From contig OZ037767.1 of the NCBI GenBank assembly GCA_964035545.1, positions 941,680 to 1,005,679 on the forward strand: a stretch of DNA of 64,000 nucleotides. The letters are read 5' to 3'. The number at the start of each line of letters is the position of its first letter. Positions within the stretch are counted from its first letter, which is position 1. This DNA comes from Bugula neritina. Lineage: Eukaryota; Animalia; Bryozoa. Made by a program: the position numbers and the translations under genes. This document shows positions 1 to 13,278 of this stretch, in pieces. The notes under the pieces are model-generated. The model was not told the origin of the DNA. It searched no databases and was given only the letters and a program-made list of their open reading frames with translations.

Positions 1-169
1 TATTGTATATTATATATTGTTTGTGATGCCTTTAGTACGTTATAAACCATACTATACTAAAAAGATATTAGATTATATATCCCCGTCCATGTATAACATT
101 TACCATCTGCTAACTCCCACAGATAAAATAAATTAACCTAAGAAACCCTATGGCATAAAACATTACATA

Positions 170-174
<5 letters not shown>

Positions 175-215
<41 letters not shown>
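175..215. repeat. (TA)n microsatellite
   Basis: About 20 consecutive TA dinucleotides. Confidence 0.95.
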
Positions 216-218
<3 letters not shown>

Positions 219-313
219 TACATACTCACTTGTACTGCATAGTATATAGTACTATACTAAGATATATAAATTACCTATACTGTACATTATATAGTAATAT
301 ATACTTACTAACT

Positions 314-548
314 AAAGGAGCAGCCGTGGTCTAGGGGTTAGAGCTGGTCTAGGGGTTAGAGCGTTTGCCTAGTAAACACGGGGGTCATGGGTTCGAGCCC
401 TGACAAAGGCCATTGGTGATGTTAGGAAGAGCATCCAGTCATAATTGCTCCTGTGCCTCATTTAAATAAGTCCTTAGCCCGCTTTAACAAAAACCCTTTC
501 TATTAGGGGTTTCTCACAGGGATAGCGACTATAAACTTGCGTGAGTTC
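314..548 (+). mobile_element. tRNA(Thr-AGT)-derived SINE with 14-bp target-site duplication
   Basis: A-box-like GTGGTCTAGGGG, anticodon-like loop CTAGTAA and B-box GGTTCGAGCCC, followed by a non-tRNA body. Flanked by identical TATACTTACTAACT at 300-313 and 549-562. A second copy lies at ~21.2 kb. Confidence 0.85.
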
Positions 549-939
549 TATACTTACTAACTGAGCACTGCATATTCTATTGTATAGCAGATTAAAACAT
601 AATAAGGGACTAAAGACAGTTTAATTGTATGAACTAAAATATTTGACGATGCTGTATCTACAACCATGTTGGGAATTCTGATGGTTACAACATTGTCATC
701 TTTCTTTAGCATGCATTGCATAATTCTCCAATCAGCTTCGTCAGTTTAAATTAGGTCAACAATAGTGTAAATTAGGTCAGCAAGCATTAGAATTCTATGA
801 CAGCTAGCAAAAAGATTGAAGGTTTTCCTAAAATAGAAAATAATATTTACTAACAGTTGAAGGAATTTTTTAAAACACACCCTGATGACACTTGAGATAA
901 ATATTTAGAACAGTTCATTTCACAGCCTACTAGTTTCTC

Positions 940-1238
940 ATACTCTCTATGTTTTATACTCTATACTCTATATGTTCTATACTCTATACTCTATACTCTC
1001 TATGTTCTATACTCTATACCTACTCTATATGTTCTATACTCTATACTCTCTATGTTCTATACTCTATACTCTATATTCTATACTCTCTATGTTCTATACT
1101 CTCTATGTTTTATACTCTCTATGTTTTATACTCTATACTCTATATGTTCTATACTCTATATTCTATACTCTCTATGTTCTATACTCTCTATGTTCTATAC
1201 TCTATACTCTATATGTTTTATACTCTATATTCTATACT
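940..1238. repeat. CTATACT/CTCTATGTT low-complexity minisatellite
   Basis: Degenerate tandem TCTATACTCTCTATGT units; source of the spurious ORFs at 949-1325. Confidence 0.9.
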
Positions 1239-2902
1239 TTGTGCTCTTCATTCCACATTACCATATATGCAGTACTAACATTGTCTAATTTTCTATTTTC
1301 TAATATCACAGCACCAATAAGGTGAACCTCCACCTAATTCTAAGTGCTAAAACCCCATTCATATAATATGTGTGAAATGGGGACATATGTACTGAAGCAC
1401 AACTTTGCAGAATTTACATGTTAGTTGAATGCAACTGAAATGTCCATAACTATTGAAATGATTATGCCCAGTAGACTGGTAGCAATTTAATAATTATTTA
1501 AATAATGCTTGCCCTTGTTCATCACGTAACTGAGTCGTGCTGCGAGTTACTTACTAGCTACCAGGTATCAAAGGAAAGTTTAAGCATCGATAGACAAGAT
1601 CTGCGAAAATGTAATTTTAAACAAGTGTAAGAAATTGTGATTACTTATAAAAAAGTTCATAACTATGTAAAGTATTTTAATAGCTATGTTACAGTTTTTA
1701 GAATTGTATAGCAAGTTGTTCTTTTCATGATACTGGTTTTAATAAATTGAAACTTCCTTGCAATGAAGCAAATTTACTTCCCATTAAAGCTAATCATTAC
1801 ACTCATAGCTATTTGAAAGTTACAGCTGTTACACTTTCGCTTTAAATAGCCATGATGTTGCAAATGGCAGTAGAATTTTAGTAGTTCACTTTCTTATTAA
1901 ATGAGTATAATGTATTGCTCTAGCATTAGATGAATAAAGTACGTAATGTTGAATAATACGGAATTGTTGCAAAGACTATAGATGAAGCTTAGAGCAACAA
2001 CGTTCTTGCAATGGTTGGATTCTGTTTATATTTGAATCAACCTAGACTATTGCATAATGTGTCACTACTGTTGATGGATTATTTATTTCTAACTTCTGTA
2101 AACAATGAATGAAGAGTGGATATATTTGTTATCTTTTCTACATGCATGTTATATTCTGTTTTCATTACCATGTATTACCAGCTACTATTCTGATGTTGAC
2201 TTGTGCTAGCTACTCTAAAATACAGAGTACAACTCTACCTTAGGTCAAGTTGGCCAACAACTTTGTGTTATATATAGCTTTGTCTATGACTTGTCTATAA
2301 AATGTCTACAAATTGTCTACAGACTGTGTATAAACTGTCTATAAACTGTCTACAACTTGTCCTCATGTTGATATCAACTTCTATATTATCTAAAAGTAGA
2401 AAGTTTTCTTATAGAGTCAAAACTGTCCCTTCAAACAAGCTAACAGCTGGCTCTAGGAAATGTGGTGAAGGCTGTCGCAAAATATCATTTTTTTACTCAA
2501 ATTTCAAATTCTTATTATCATTTTTTCAATTGAGATAGATTTTCAAACAAAATTTAGAATGAGAGCTTAGCGCTAGCTCAAGGTTATTTCGAAAAGCATT
2601 CACTAACTAAACATTTCATCAACATGATTGAATGGCAGATATTAATTTCACTTTATATTAAATCCAGCTGGCAATGTAATGCAATTTGCTGATGGAGAGA
2701 TAAAATTCTAGATAGGTAGTAGATGAAATAGTTGATTATGTTACAATTTGTAGTCTGTTTAGTTGCCTGGGATCCTAGCTTCAGCATAGCCCTAGGTCTC
2801 TCATTATTTTAGAAAAAAACCTAGACAATCCTTTCATAAAATTTCTATGATAATCTGAGTGTGTAACCCTATAAGTCATCAGATATTTATGTGAAACACC
2901 TT

Positions 2903-3226
2903 GAGTACTGTAGGTACTACTATGAGTACTGTAGGTACTACTATGAGTACTGTAGGTACTACTATGAGTACTGTAGGTACTACTATGAGTACTGTAGGTA
3001 CTACTATAAGTACTGTAGGTACTACTATGAGTACTGTAGGTACTACTATGAGTACTGTAGGTACTACTATGAGTACTGTAGGTACTACTATAAGTACTGT
3101 AGGTACTACTATGAGTACTGTAGGTACTACTATAAGTACTGTAGGTACTACTATGAGTACTGTAGGTACTACTATAAGTACTGTAGGTACTGCTATGAGT
3201 ACTGTAGGTACTACTATGAGTACTGT
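2903..3226. repeat. 21-bp intronic minisatellite (GAGTACTGTAGGTACTACTAT)
   Basis: About 15 copies, ending just before the Rh acceptor at 3237. Confidence 0.95.
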
Positions 3227-3237
3227 TTATGTTTTAG

Positions 3238-6200
3238 TGTTCCAGAATGTTCATGTGATGATGTTCATCGGATTTGGTTTCCTCATGACCTTCCTGAAGA
3301 AGTACGGCTACTCGGCTCTGAGCATCAACTTCCTGATTGCGGCTTTGGTGTTGCAGTGGCACATCCTGTTTAAAGGACTCATCCACTTTAGTCCCGGACA
3401 CTATGGCATTTCCGTTGGACTGACAGAGTGAGTTAGGGCAGGGGAGGAGAGGAGGGGGGAGGGGGGTCTTTTTGAATTTAGGGATTAGCTACTAAAGTAA
3501 CATCTAGATTTTAAACCATGCACTCAAATAAAGGATAGGAGAGAAAAGGAATAATTGCATTCAAAGAGTGTTTCCCTGTTATAAACTTCTTTTAGTTTTA
3601 TAAATAAATATAAAAGTTGCCACTTTATTCAAACTGCAAGAGTTGCAGATAATCTTTGTTTTTCAGTCTGATAACTGCAGACTTTACAGCTGCTGCCGTT
3701 CTGATCTCTTTTGGCGCCGTGATAGGAAAGACCAGTCCGCTACAGCTGGTGGTGATGGCGCTGTTGGAAGTTCCTATATTTGCTGCCAATGAGTACATTG
3801 CTGTCAAGTTTCAGGTATGTAACTCTATAAATTCTAAACTATGCAAAGCTCTATAGTTCCGCTTTTAAAGACTGCATAACAATTTATTGTAAATGAAGAC
3901 TTTTGATGCCAGTTTCTACAGCATGATTAATTGTAGGAAAGAAAGTACAAATATTGCCAAGGTTATTCGAATGTTATTTATAGTTATCATGGCCGCACAT
4001 AAACAAGATGCTGTCATTTATGCCTGTTTGTTAATAAACTCATGCCAAAGGTTATTTATTGCTCCAAGTTCTGTTTGATCAGCTAATAGTTCAACGCAAC
4101 ATAAACATGACAAGATGCTTTGAAGTGCAAATTTGTGGCAGAAAAATTTTTAAATACAGCTGTCAAATCCTGAATTTCACCTGTTTCTCACCTTTTGATA
4201 AGAGAATAATATGTTGTTCAAATACTTGTTGAATTATTGTTAAACTTAGTTGTCTTCTCTTGCAAATAGCTGTAGCCCAAGTTTGTTATTTGCAGGCATC
4301 AGACATAGGCGGGTCGATGGTGGTTCATGTGTTTGGTGCGTACTACGGTTTAGCTGTCGCCAAAACTATATATAAAGTCTCTCAGTCTCACCATGAGAAT
4401 GAAAGCTCCTCCTACCAATCTGATATCTTTTCTATGATTGGTCAGTTTGCTTATTCAGCTTACGCTATATGATACTATGTATTACTTTGTAATATATACG
4501 TAGTACTGTGTCTATACATATACTATAATATGTATGTATTACTGTGTATGTGTAATATGCATGTAACAATATACTACACATCATCTGGAGTTACTTTCTC
4601 TATATTAATACCTTGATCTCTCTAGGGGCCATTTTCTTGTGGCTTTACTGGCCCAGCTTCAACTCGGCCATAGCGACAAGTGAGGAGCAGCAGGTCCGGG
4701 CCATAATAAACACGTACCTGGCGCTAGCTTCCTGTGTGCTCGTCACATTCGCGATGTCGTCCATCTTTGATAGACATGCCCGATTCAACATGGTAAGAGT
4801 TTCCCAACTATTTCCTTCGCTTCACATTGCGAGCTCAAAATGTGCAACTTGAGTTTAATTGAAAAGGACATGATATTTGTTTGAAGATATCAAATATTAC
4901 TTTAATAAGTTTGCCGTTGCAGGTGCACATTCAGAATGCAACGCTTGCTGGTGGAGTAGCTGTCGGAACTTCTGCTAACTTTATGATTCAACCTTGGGGC
5001 GCAATTCTTATTGGTTGCTTGGCCGCTATACTGTCTACAACTGGTTTCGAGTATCTCCAGGTTTGTAGTCCTTAGTCTATATACTACATCATGGTCCTCA
5101 GTCTATACTCTGTAACAGACTAACAGTATGTAAAATGTATTTCTTTCCTTAGAAACTATACACTTCTTATTTATACACTGTAAATAGACGATAAACTATA
5201 AATAGAATTACGGTGATTGCAGCCAATGTTAGAGAAGAAGCTCCATCTGCATGACTCATGTGGAGTCCATAATCTGCACGGCATGCCAGGAGTCTTGGCT
5301 GCTGTTATTGCTATTATAGCCGTGTCTTTTGCCAATGTGGAGAGATATGGGCACGAGTGAGTTTACAGTTGTACTAGTATGTTTATTCTATAGAAGTAAT
5401 ATAACAGTTGCTAGTATTAGGAGCTAGTGTAATATGATAATACACACATATATTTGTAATATTAATACTACATTCATGATTAGAAGATTGAAATGTGATT
5501 ATCATGATTTTGGCACTCACACTGACATGAAATGAAGTACCACTGTATTTCTATAACATCACATACAAGATAATACTATCTATATGTCATCATCTGCAAA
5601 CTATAATAATGTGTGTAAAGTAATAGTTGTAACAAATGCAGTAATAATAATCACTACTATATTTATTTAGTAAGAAAAACAATTTATGGTAAAAAACTGA
5701 TTCCAGAGCTGCCTTCTCAGTTGTATAAATCATCAAAAAGTTATTAAATACCTTTTCTTTAAGTTTTATTTTTACTTAAATAAGTACTAACAGAATAAAA
5801 CAAAGTTGAATGAGTTGCAACAAGAAATGAGAATACTAACAGCTAACCATCATCTCTTTATGACAGACTCGGTGAAACGTTTCCAGCGATGGCCAACACC
5901 ACCGATGGTGCCAGAAGTAGCGCTCAACAAGCTGGTTACCAGGCGGCCACCCTGGGTGTCACCATAGCCATATCATTGGTTGGGGGATTATTTACAGGTA
6001 GGAGTTATTCTCTCTGCTTATTCTAGAAATCAAACTTTAGTACTTGTGAAAACATGTCTCTGAAGTTTTGATTTCAAATTACTTACAGTTTCCCAGCTGT
6101 TACGTTTTCTTTAGTTGGTTTTTCACTATAGTTGTGTGAACTTAGACTAAGCCTAGGGCCACACGGTGCGTATTTTCGCATGCGAAAATTGAAATCACAA

Positions 6201-6716
6201 GTAGCAAAGGTGTCCACTGTGCGCGTTGAGAAAACCTTCGCACTTGTCGCTCTGCATTTTCAACGCAAGTGCGAATCGTCTCTGTCGTCGTCACCTAATT
6301 GGCTGGTAGCTATTCAGCGAGCCCAATTTCTTTATTTAGTGCTATATTCCAGTAAATTGCGTTTTATTGAAAGCGAGTGCGATTTAAAAATGAAAGCTTT
6401 ATTTATCACGCATCACTGACGCTACAGTGGACACCTTTGCTACTCATGATTTTAATTTTCGCATGCGAAAATACGCACAGTGTGGCCCTAGGCTAAGTGT
6501 TGTGTGAACTTAGACTGAGTTTTGTGTGAACTTAGACTGAGTGTCCTTGCAGGTCTCGTGCTGAGGTTGGTGCCGGGTCTTGACCAGCCGGACGAGCACT
6601 ACTACTACTCTGATGCTAAGCACTTCCTGGTTGAAGAGGGAATGGAGTCCTTGAGCTCTAAGGCTAGCAGCAATGCAGACGCTCAGGAAGGGAAAGAAAC
6701 TGAAGAGAAAATGTAG
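3238..6716 (+). CDS. Rhesus-family ammonium transporter (RhAG/RhBG/RhCG-like), 5'-partial, 8 exons seen
   Basis: Exons 3238-3427, 3667-3814, 4296-4440, 4626-4792, 4923-5060, 5223-5356, 5867-5997, 6553-6716 join in phase with GT-AG introns. Rh motifs: [80 protein letters not shown]. The first coding exon was not found. Confidence 0.93.
6151..6493. mobile_element. MITE, PIF/Harbinger-like (TAA TSD, ~70-bp TIR)
   Basis: Left end GCCTAGGGCCACACGGTGCGTATTTTCGCATGCGAAAATT is mirrored by the right end ...AATTTTCGCATGCGAAAATACGCACAGTGTGGCCCTAGGC. TAA at 6148-6150 and 6494-6496. Confidence 0.88.
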
Positions 6717-7840
6717 ACCTCTTGTTTTTCTATGCAAGCAAGATAAAGCACTATATGCAATGTCATGTAATGTTCTGTAATGACACATGTATGCATTCAA
6801 CAACTGGTGAAGAAACTTGCTTTTCCCAGACTTTGAATTGTATATAATATATTTTTTTAATAATATATATATATATATATATAATAATTTTGGTGTTAAT
6901 TTTATATTATAGTTGGAAATCTAAAGAAATATAAAACATGTTTTTTATTATTGTATAGGGTAACATAATATCATATATATTATATGATAATATATATGAC
7001 ATATATATTATATGATAATATATATGACATATATATTATATGATAATAAATATGACATATATTATATACATCTACTAATTGAATATGCATATCTGAGCCT
7101 TTTAACTACCTCTATATATAACCAATTTGTCTATGAATAATAAAAAAACTGATTCTATAAATTATCTACTTGCTATACACACATTTCTGTACTATAAATA
7201 GAAGCAAAACATAACATAATCATGGAATATTGGAGCTGTATATTATGATGATTGTGTTTCTGAGAGCAATTATTGTAACTTGTTGCATTAACAATAAAAT
7301 TAACTAATGTAATAATGTAATTTCTAGTTATATATAGAAACGACTTAGTGCATTTAATATAAACTAATATAATTTAATAGCGAAAAAATTAAAATCATCA
7401 TCATAAAATCATGAGGTTGCCTATTATATTTAGGAGTTATCTCTTCAAATATTATGCCGTAGTCAAGCGTAACACCTGTTTTTACCTAACAGGGTCAAGG
7501 CTCTTCTGACTTCTAGTGATTAGATCAGCTCTGCGTTTATAATTTATCCAATACTTGAGTAACACAATATAAATATAATTCGATTCAAAAGACAGCCTAA
7601 TTAATTTACTGAATGTGGGAAACATATTTACTATATGTTTTATTAAGTTAAATACGACTATAATTTAACAAATTATTCTCATGAGCTACTAATCACAATT
7701 ATTATTAAGCACTCGCTTTGCCTCGTAGCTCAGTAGCTCAAGCTGTACCTCAAGTTCTTCAAGTTGTACCGCCACTTTCACTTTGTAAAGCTTAAGATTT
7801 TGACTGCAAATTTACTTGATGATTTTACTTGGAAAGTAGC

Positions 7841-10800
7841 ATGAACTTCTTCAATAAGAACGGTTTTACTTTAAACTTAATATTGTCGTTACACTTACTA
7901 ATCGTCTGCGAAGTCTATTTTTTGGGTAAGTAACATTGTACTAACTCTAAGTACACTACTTTTAGTTATAGTTATTCTTAAACTCAGTCTTATACTTATA
8001 GTTATAGTAATAGTTATACCCACGAGTCACAATCGGTATCGTAATGACATTATAAATCTAAATGTTGAATATTTAGATTAGAATGGATTAAAGTTGAGAT
8101 TATTACTAACTGTAGATAATCATTATTAAAACCAAAAGTAACTAAAAGAAAGTTACTAGTATAGTGGGCTAAGTAGTAGTACTACTACTACTAGTACTAG
8201 AAGTATTAAATCTATCACTATTGAGTAATGAATAATTCTAAAAGTAAACCAATTCGACACAAGACATTATTATATACTCATACTGATACTAAAAGTGAAT
8301 TGTGAATATCAATATTCATACGATAGCGATAAGTCCTAGTTGTTAGTGACTAGTAGATTCGGTCTCAATATTATATTGAACACTAACATTAACAGCAAAG
8401 CTGACAAATTATATTAGTAGGCCAACATCTCAGCACTAAAACACCAACAGGCAATATACACAAAATAAAACAATGTGTTCAGTATTTATGGTAGCCTTAT
8501 GAACGTTGTTCAAAAAACTAGTAATTTATAATTATATTTTAAATTTAACTTTGATTATGACTTAGAGTTAAACCAACTGTAGAGATTTACCAATAACGAT
8601 ACAATTTAAAGGTATTGCTTTGTCATAGTGCTGATACTTGTCTTATTGGTCATACTCTACTATTCATTATTCTCAGTAAATATTAATCGTCTGTTATAGG
8701 CCTGCATTGATACTAATATCTATACTATAGTGCTTCATTAACGAGATTTCTCCATCCAAATAACTCTTATTGATATTTGTAAACTCTGTTAAAAGTTTTA
8801 AGTTTTAGTTACTGTATTCAAATTGACTTCCAAGAAATTTATGTTATAGATGCGCATCAGTTGGGTGATTACATAACAGACTTTTCTCCTCAGGCATATG
8901 ATCTGGTACAGGTTCATCAACGGCATGTCATATCAAAACGATCTATTTACGATAAAGTCATCAACGTCCCTCTTCATTTTCATAGCAAGTTAGTAGCTAT
9001 TTCTTTAACCCTGTACAAGATCCTGTCAGTGTATAGAAAGCTGCAGCTATTTCTAGAAAGCTCCAGCTGTTTTTAGCAGTTTCTGAAATAGTTGTGGGTG
9101 TTGGAATTATTCTGGTAACTGAAAGAAAGAATCAAGTAAATTATATTGTTAACAGCGTTGTATTAACCTGTTAACAGCGTCGTATTAACCTGTTGACAGC
9201 GCTGTATTAACCTGTTGACAGCGTTGTATTAACCTGTTGACAGCGCTGTATTCACCTGTTGACAGCGCTGTATTCACCTGTTGACAGCGTTGTATTAACC
9301 TGTTGACAGCACTGTATTCACCTGTTGACAGCACTGTTTTAACCTGCTGTTCTATGACTCACATACTCTCTGCTTTCTCAGGAGACTGGATTTGACGCTG
9401 TACCCAGCTGACGAAGGCGTGTTTCATTCCCAGACGAAGCTGACGGTAGACGGAGAAGCTGCCCAGTTTGATCGGTCTCACCTGTACAATGGCGTAGTGA
9501 AAGGTAGGCAACTCCTGACTTAGCTGCAATGACCTCCCATACAATCTGCTAATGCTATGTAGACATCAAAGTGCAGACGTACTCTTGTGCTGGTTTAGTT
9601 AGGAGTGGTAGTGCCTTGCCACACCAACTCTCGTGTTACTCTGTAATGGTGTCGTGTTACTCTGTAATGGTGTCAGTATACTTTGAGACAAAACACTTCC
9701 AGTTGTAGATGTTTTTATTGTAAGTACGGATTATATGATAAACAGTGTTAGAGGGTCATAAACCTTCTAGTGTAGTACAGACATGCAATATAATATATGC
9801 ACTACCGCTTTGTATAATATAAGTAATACATATAATATAAACATTATACAGCTTGGTATAATATAAACATGACATATAATATAAACATTATACCGCTTTG
9901 TATAATATAAACATGACATATAATATAAACATTATACAGCTTGGTATAATATAAACATGACATATAATATAAATATTATACTGCATAGTTTAATTGTAAC
10001 ACCAACAGCTTGAATGTTGAATTTAATCATTACTATGAGATATACCATAATCACACATGCTTATATTTAATATGCTCATCTCTTAGATGTAATATAAGCA
10101 CTCTTAAATGATACATACAGCCAAGTTTTATATGTCAACTAGTATGTGAAGCTGAAAATCAGTTACTTGGTAGTCAAGTCAGTTAGTTACTTGGGAGTCA
10201 AGTCAGTTACTTGCAAGTCAAGTCAGTTACTTGGTAATCAAGTCAGTTACTTGCAAGTCAAGTCAGTTACTTGGTAGTCAAGTCAGTTACTGGGTAGTCA
10301 AGTCAGTTACTGGGTAGTCAAGTCAGTTACTTGGGAGTTTAAGCAGTTTATATTCCTTCTCCCAAGCCAGTCATGTCTTGTGCTGCTTTTATCTCTCCAC
10401 TAATAGCTTTGTTTGTCAAGTGTATAATAACCTCCTTGACTGTAGCAACTTATGCTGTCTTCACAAACATCTCTATTTATAGTTCAGTTTCAACTGTGAT
10501 AAGTCTTTACTTTCTTCTACGTCACGGTCACGTTTCTTTTCAACCTTTAGCATTTCATAATGGGCTGTAATTTCTGGGATATATAGACATGATTGTAAAT
10601 TATTAAATGAAATTCAGCCTGGTTTTTGTTGTTATTGCATGTTTTGTTACTAAATACACAATATAATATAATGTGTTCAATATATTATATTAACATATAT
10701 AAATACAATATACATATATAATATCTCTTAAAGTTACAGCACTACGCAACTAACTTTATATGAATCTGAATCTATTTCAATGCCTTGTAATAGATTCAAT

Positions 10801-13240
10801 GATTACATTTAGAGTGGAGTAGTTATGTAAAAGTGTAACATAATATTGTAACATAACTCAATGCTGTACAGCTTTCACTTTCCCTGTACCTACAGTACTA
10901 ACAGAGTATATCATATTACTAGTGTGGTGTAGCCACGCCCACTTGTATTATCAGTACTACTAATACTATGCTGTTATACACACAATGCACTGCCTCTCTA
11001 CTAGCTAGCAGTTGTGTTGGTCTCAGTTATCAGCCAATGTGCTTGCAGGTGACTCTGGCAGTCATGTGTCGGGGTCTATCATTGGTGGAGTGTTTCAAGG
11101 GGTGATAACCACCAGCTCTGGAGATGTCTACCATGTGGAGAGGAAGGCGTATCACACCCCCCACCCACTTACTGAACGGGACGAGGTGCACTCAGTCTTG
11201 TACAGGGAGGCGGATGTTGACATGGATAAGTTTCATCAGTATGTGCTTTTCTTCCTGCTCTCTAACACCAAAGAGTTGTTCAGTCTTATTTTATACTCTC
11301 ATATGAGTTCATATTTTCCTTGTATGACTTTATGATCACCGGAGTATTACATGCATGGGGAGACAATGTGTGTTCTAGAATGAGAGCAAAGAGAGGTGCC
11401 AAGAAAGACCGGTATAGCCACTTCTGTGGGCTGGACGAGGAAGAGAAGAGGAAAATGTTTGCCCTGGAGGACTCTGGACTGTTATACCAGGTAGGGAGGG
11501 TGAGTGAGGAATCTTACAGGCTAGTCGTGTACATCTAGTCTACACACTGAATACTGAGTTACTACTGAGTATCACCACTCTGATTCTGTAGCCACCGTTT
11601 GTGAGGGAGAAAAGAGCCACAACTCCTGATAAAAACACGTGCACCCTGTTTATGCAGACAGACCCCGAGTTTTGGGATCACATCAAAGCGACGCTTGGGA
11701 CTTCAGTGAGTCAAATATTTCTTGTACACTTGTGATGTCACTGAGTATAACCTGGTGATGTCACTGAGTATAACCTTGTGATGTCACTGAGTATAACCTT
11801 GTGATGTCACTGAGTATAACCTGGTGATGTCACTGAGTATAGTCTTGCGATGTCACTGAGTATAACCTTGTGATGTCACTGAGTATAACCTTGTGATGTC
11901 ACTGAGTATAACCTTGTGATGTCACTGAGTATAACCTTGTGATGTCACTGAGTATAACCTTGTGATGTCACTGAGTATAACCTTTTGATGTCACTGAGTT
12001 GAGTCTGGTGATGTCACTGAGTATAACCTTGTGATGTCACTGAGTATAACCTTGTGATGTCACTGAGTATAATCTTGTGATGTCACTGAGTATAAACTTG
12101 TGATGTCACTGAGTATAACCTGGTGATGTCACTGAGTATAGTCTTGCGATGTCACTGAGTATAACCTTATGATGTCACTGAGTATAACCTTGTGATGTCA
12201 CTGAGTATAACCTGGTGATGTCACTGAGTATAACCTGGTGATGTCACTGAGTATAGTCTTGCGATGTCACTGAGTATAACCTTGTGATGTCACTGAGTAT
12301 AACCTTGTGATGTCACTGAGTATAACCTTGTGATGTCACTGAGTATAACCGTGGTGTCACTGTGTTACAGGACGAGACGATGATCAGACAAGAGATATCT
12401 GCCTTCGTTGCTTTTCTTGTCAATGAGGTCAACGGGATTTACAAAACTCAGGAGTTTGGAGGGAACATAGGATATGAGTTTAGAGTTGACAGATTAACTG
12501 TAAGTATTCGAGTTATAAGTAAGAGTTGATGAGTTGATATGTAGATATATGTAATAAGTTATAAGTAAGAGTTCATGATTTGATATGTAGATATATGTAA
12601 TAAGTTCCTAACTCAAGTGCTACTCAAAATAAAACTTGATTTAAGACTCATGATGAGTCATTGGTAAAGAGACACACTACGTATTAGTAGTTGATAATTT
12701 TCTTCTTTTCTCCTTCTTCATCTTTTGCAAACTTGTTTTAATGCTTTGTATCACTATTCACTTTACATTCTATTATTTTCAAAAGAACCAGGGATAATGA
12801 GGTTAGTTGGCGTAAATTAGCTGTTACATCATTTCCTGTTCGCTTTCTCTCTTCCTGTGTAACAGTCAATTTATATTTTCACACTAAATTTCTGGCCTGT
12901 AGCCCTGTTAGTGTTTTTGGCCTAAATTGAGAGTTTTTATAAATATTTTTTTCACTTGAAAATAAAGAGAAGACGATGTAAATTGACTGTTGCATTCACG
13001 GTTCTGGCTTTGTGTTTGTCTGCTATTCTCTCATGGAACCAGGCTATACTTGCTGCAGGTGGGGGGGGGGGTGGAGGGACGTACCATTAGCTCACACAGA
13101 CAGGTATTCTGACAGTCAGCACATTTATCTGGCTGCATGCCCTCTTGGCTGCCATGTTTTTGTCGCTGACTTGGAATGAGGAAGCCTGTCTGTCAGACTG
13201 GTGCATGGGAATGAGCTCACCATGCTTACTAATTGTTAGA

Positions 13241-13278
<38 letters not shown>

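Noticed and set aside
1311-2243. Candidate Rh micro-exons (CACCAATAAG at ~1312; AGTACAACTCTACCTTAG at ~2226)
   Set aside because: AG/GT-bounded but with no recognisable Rh homology; cannot be distinguished from chance.
11730-12362. CRISPR-like regular repeats (also 25807-26657)
   Set aside because: Units are contiguous with no unique spacers, there are no cas genes, and the context is a eukaryotic intron.
13242-13276. Poly-Q or poly-L coding tract
   Set aside because: Lies in an ADAM10 intron with no supporting exon structure.
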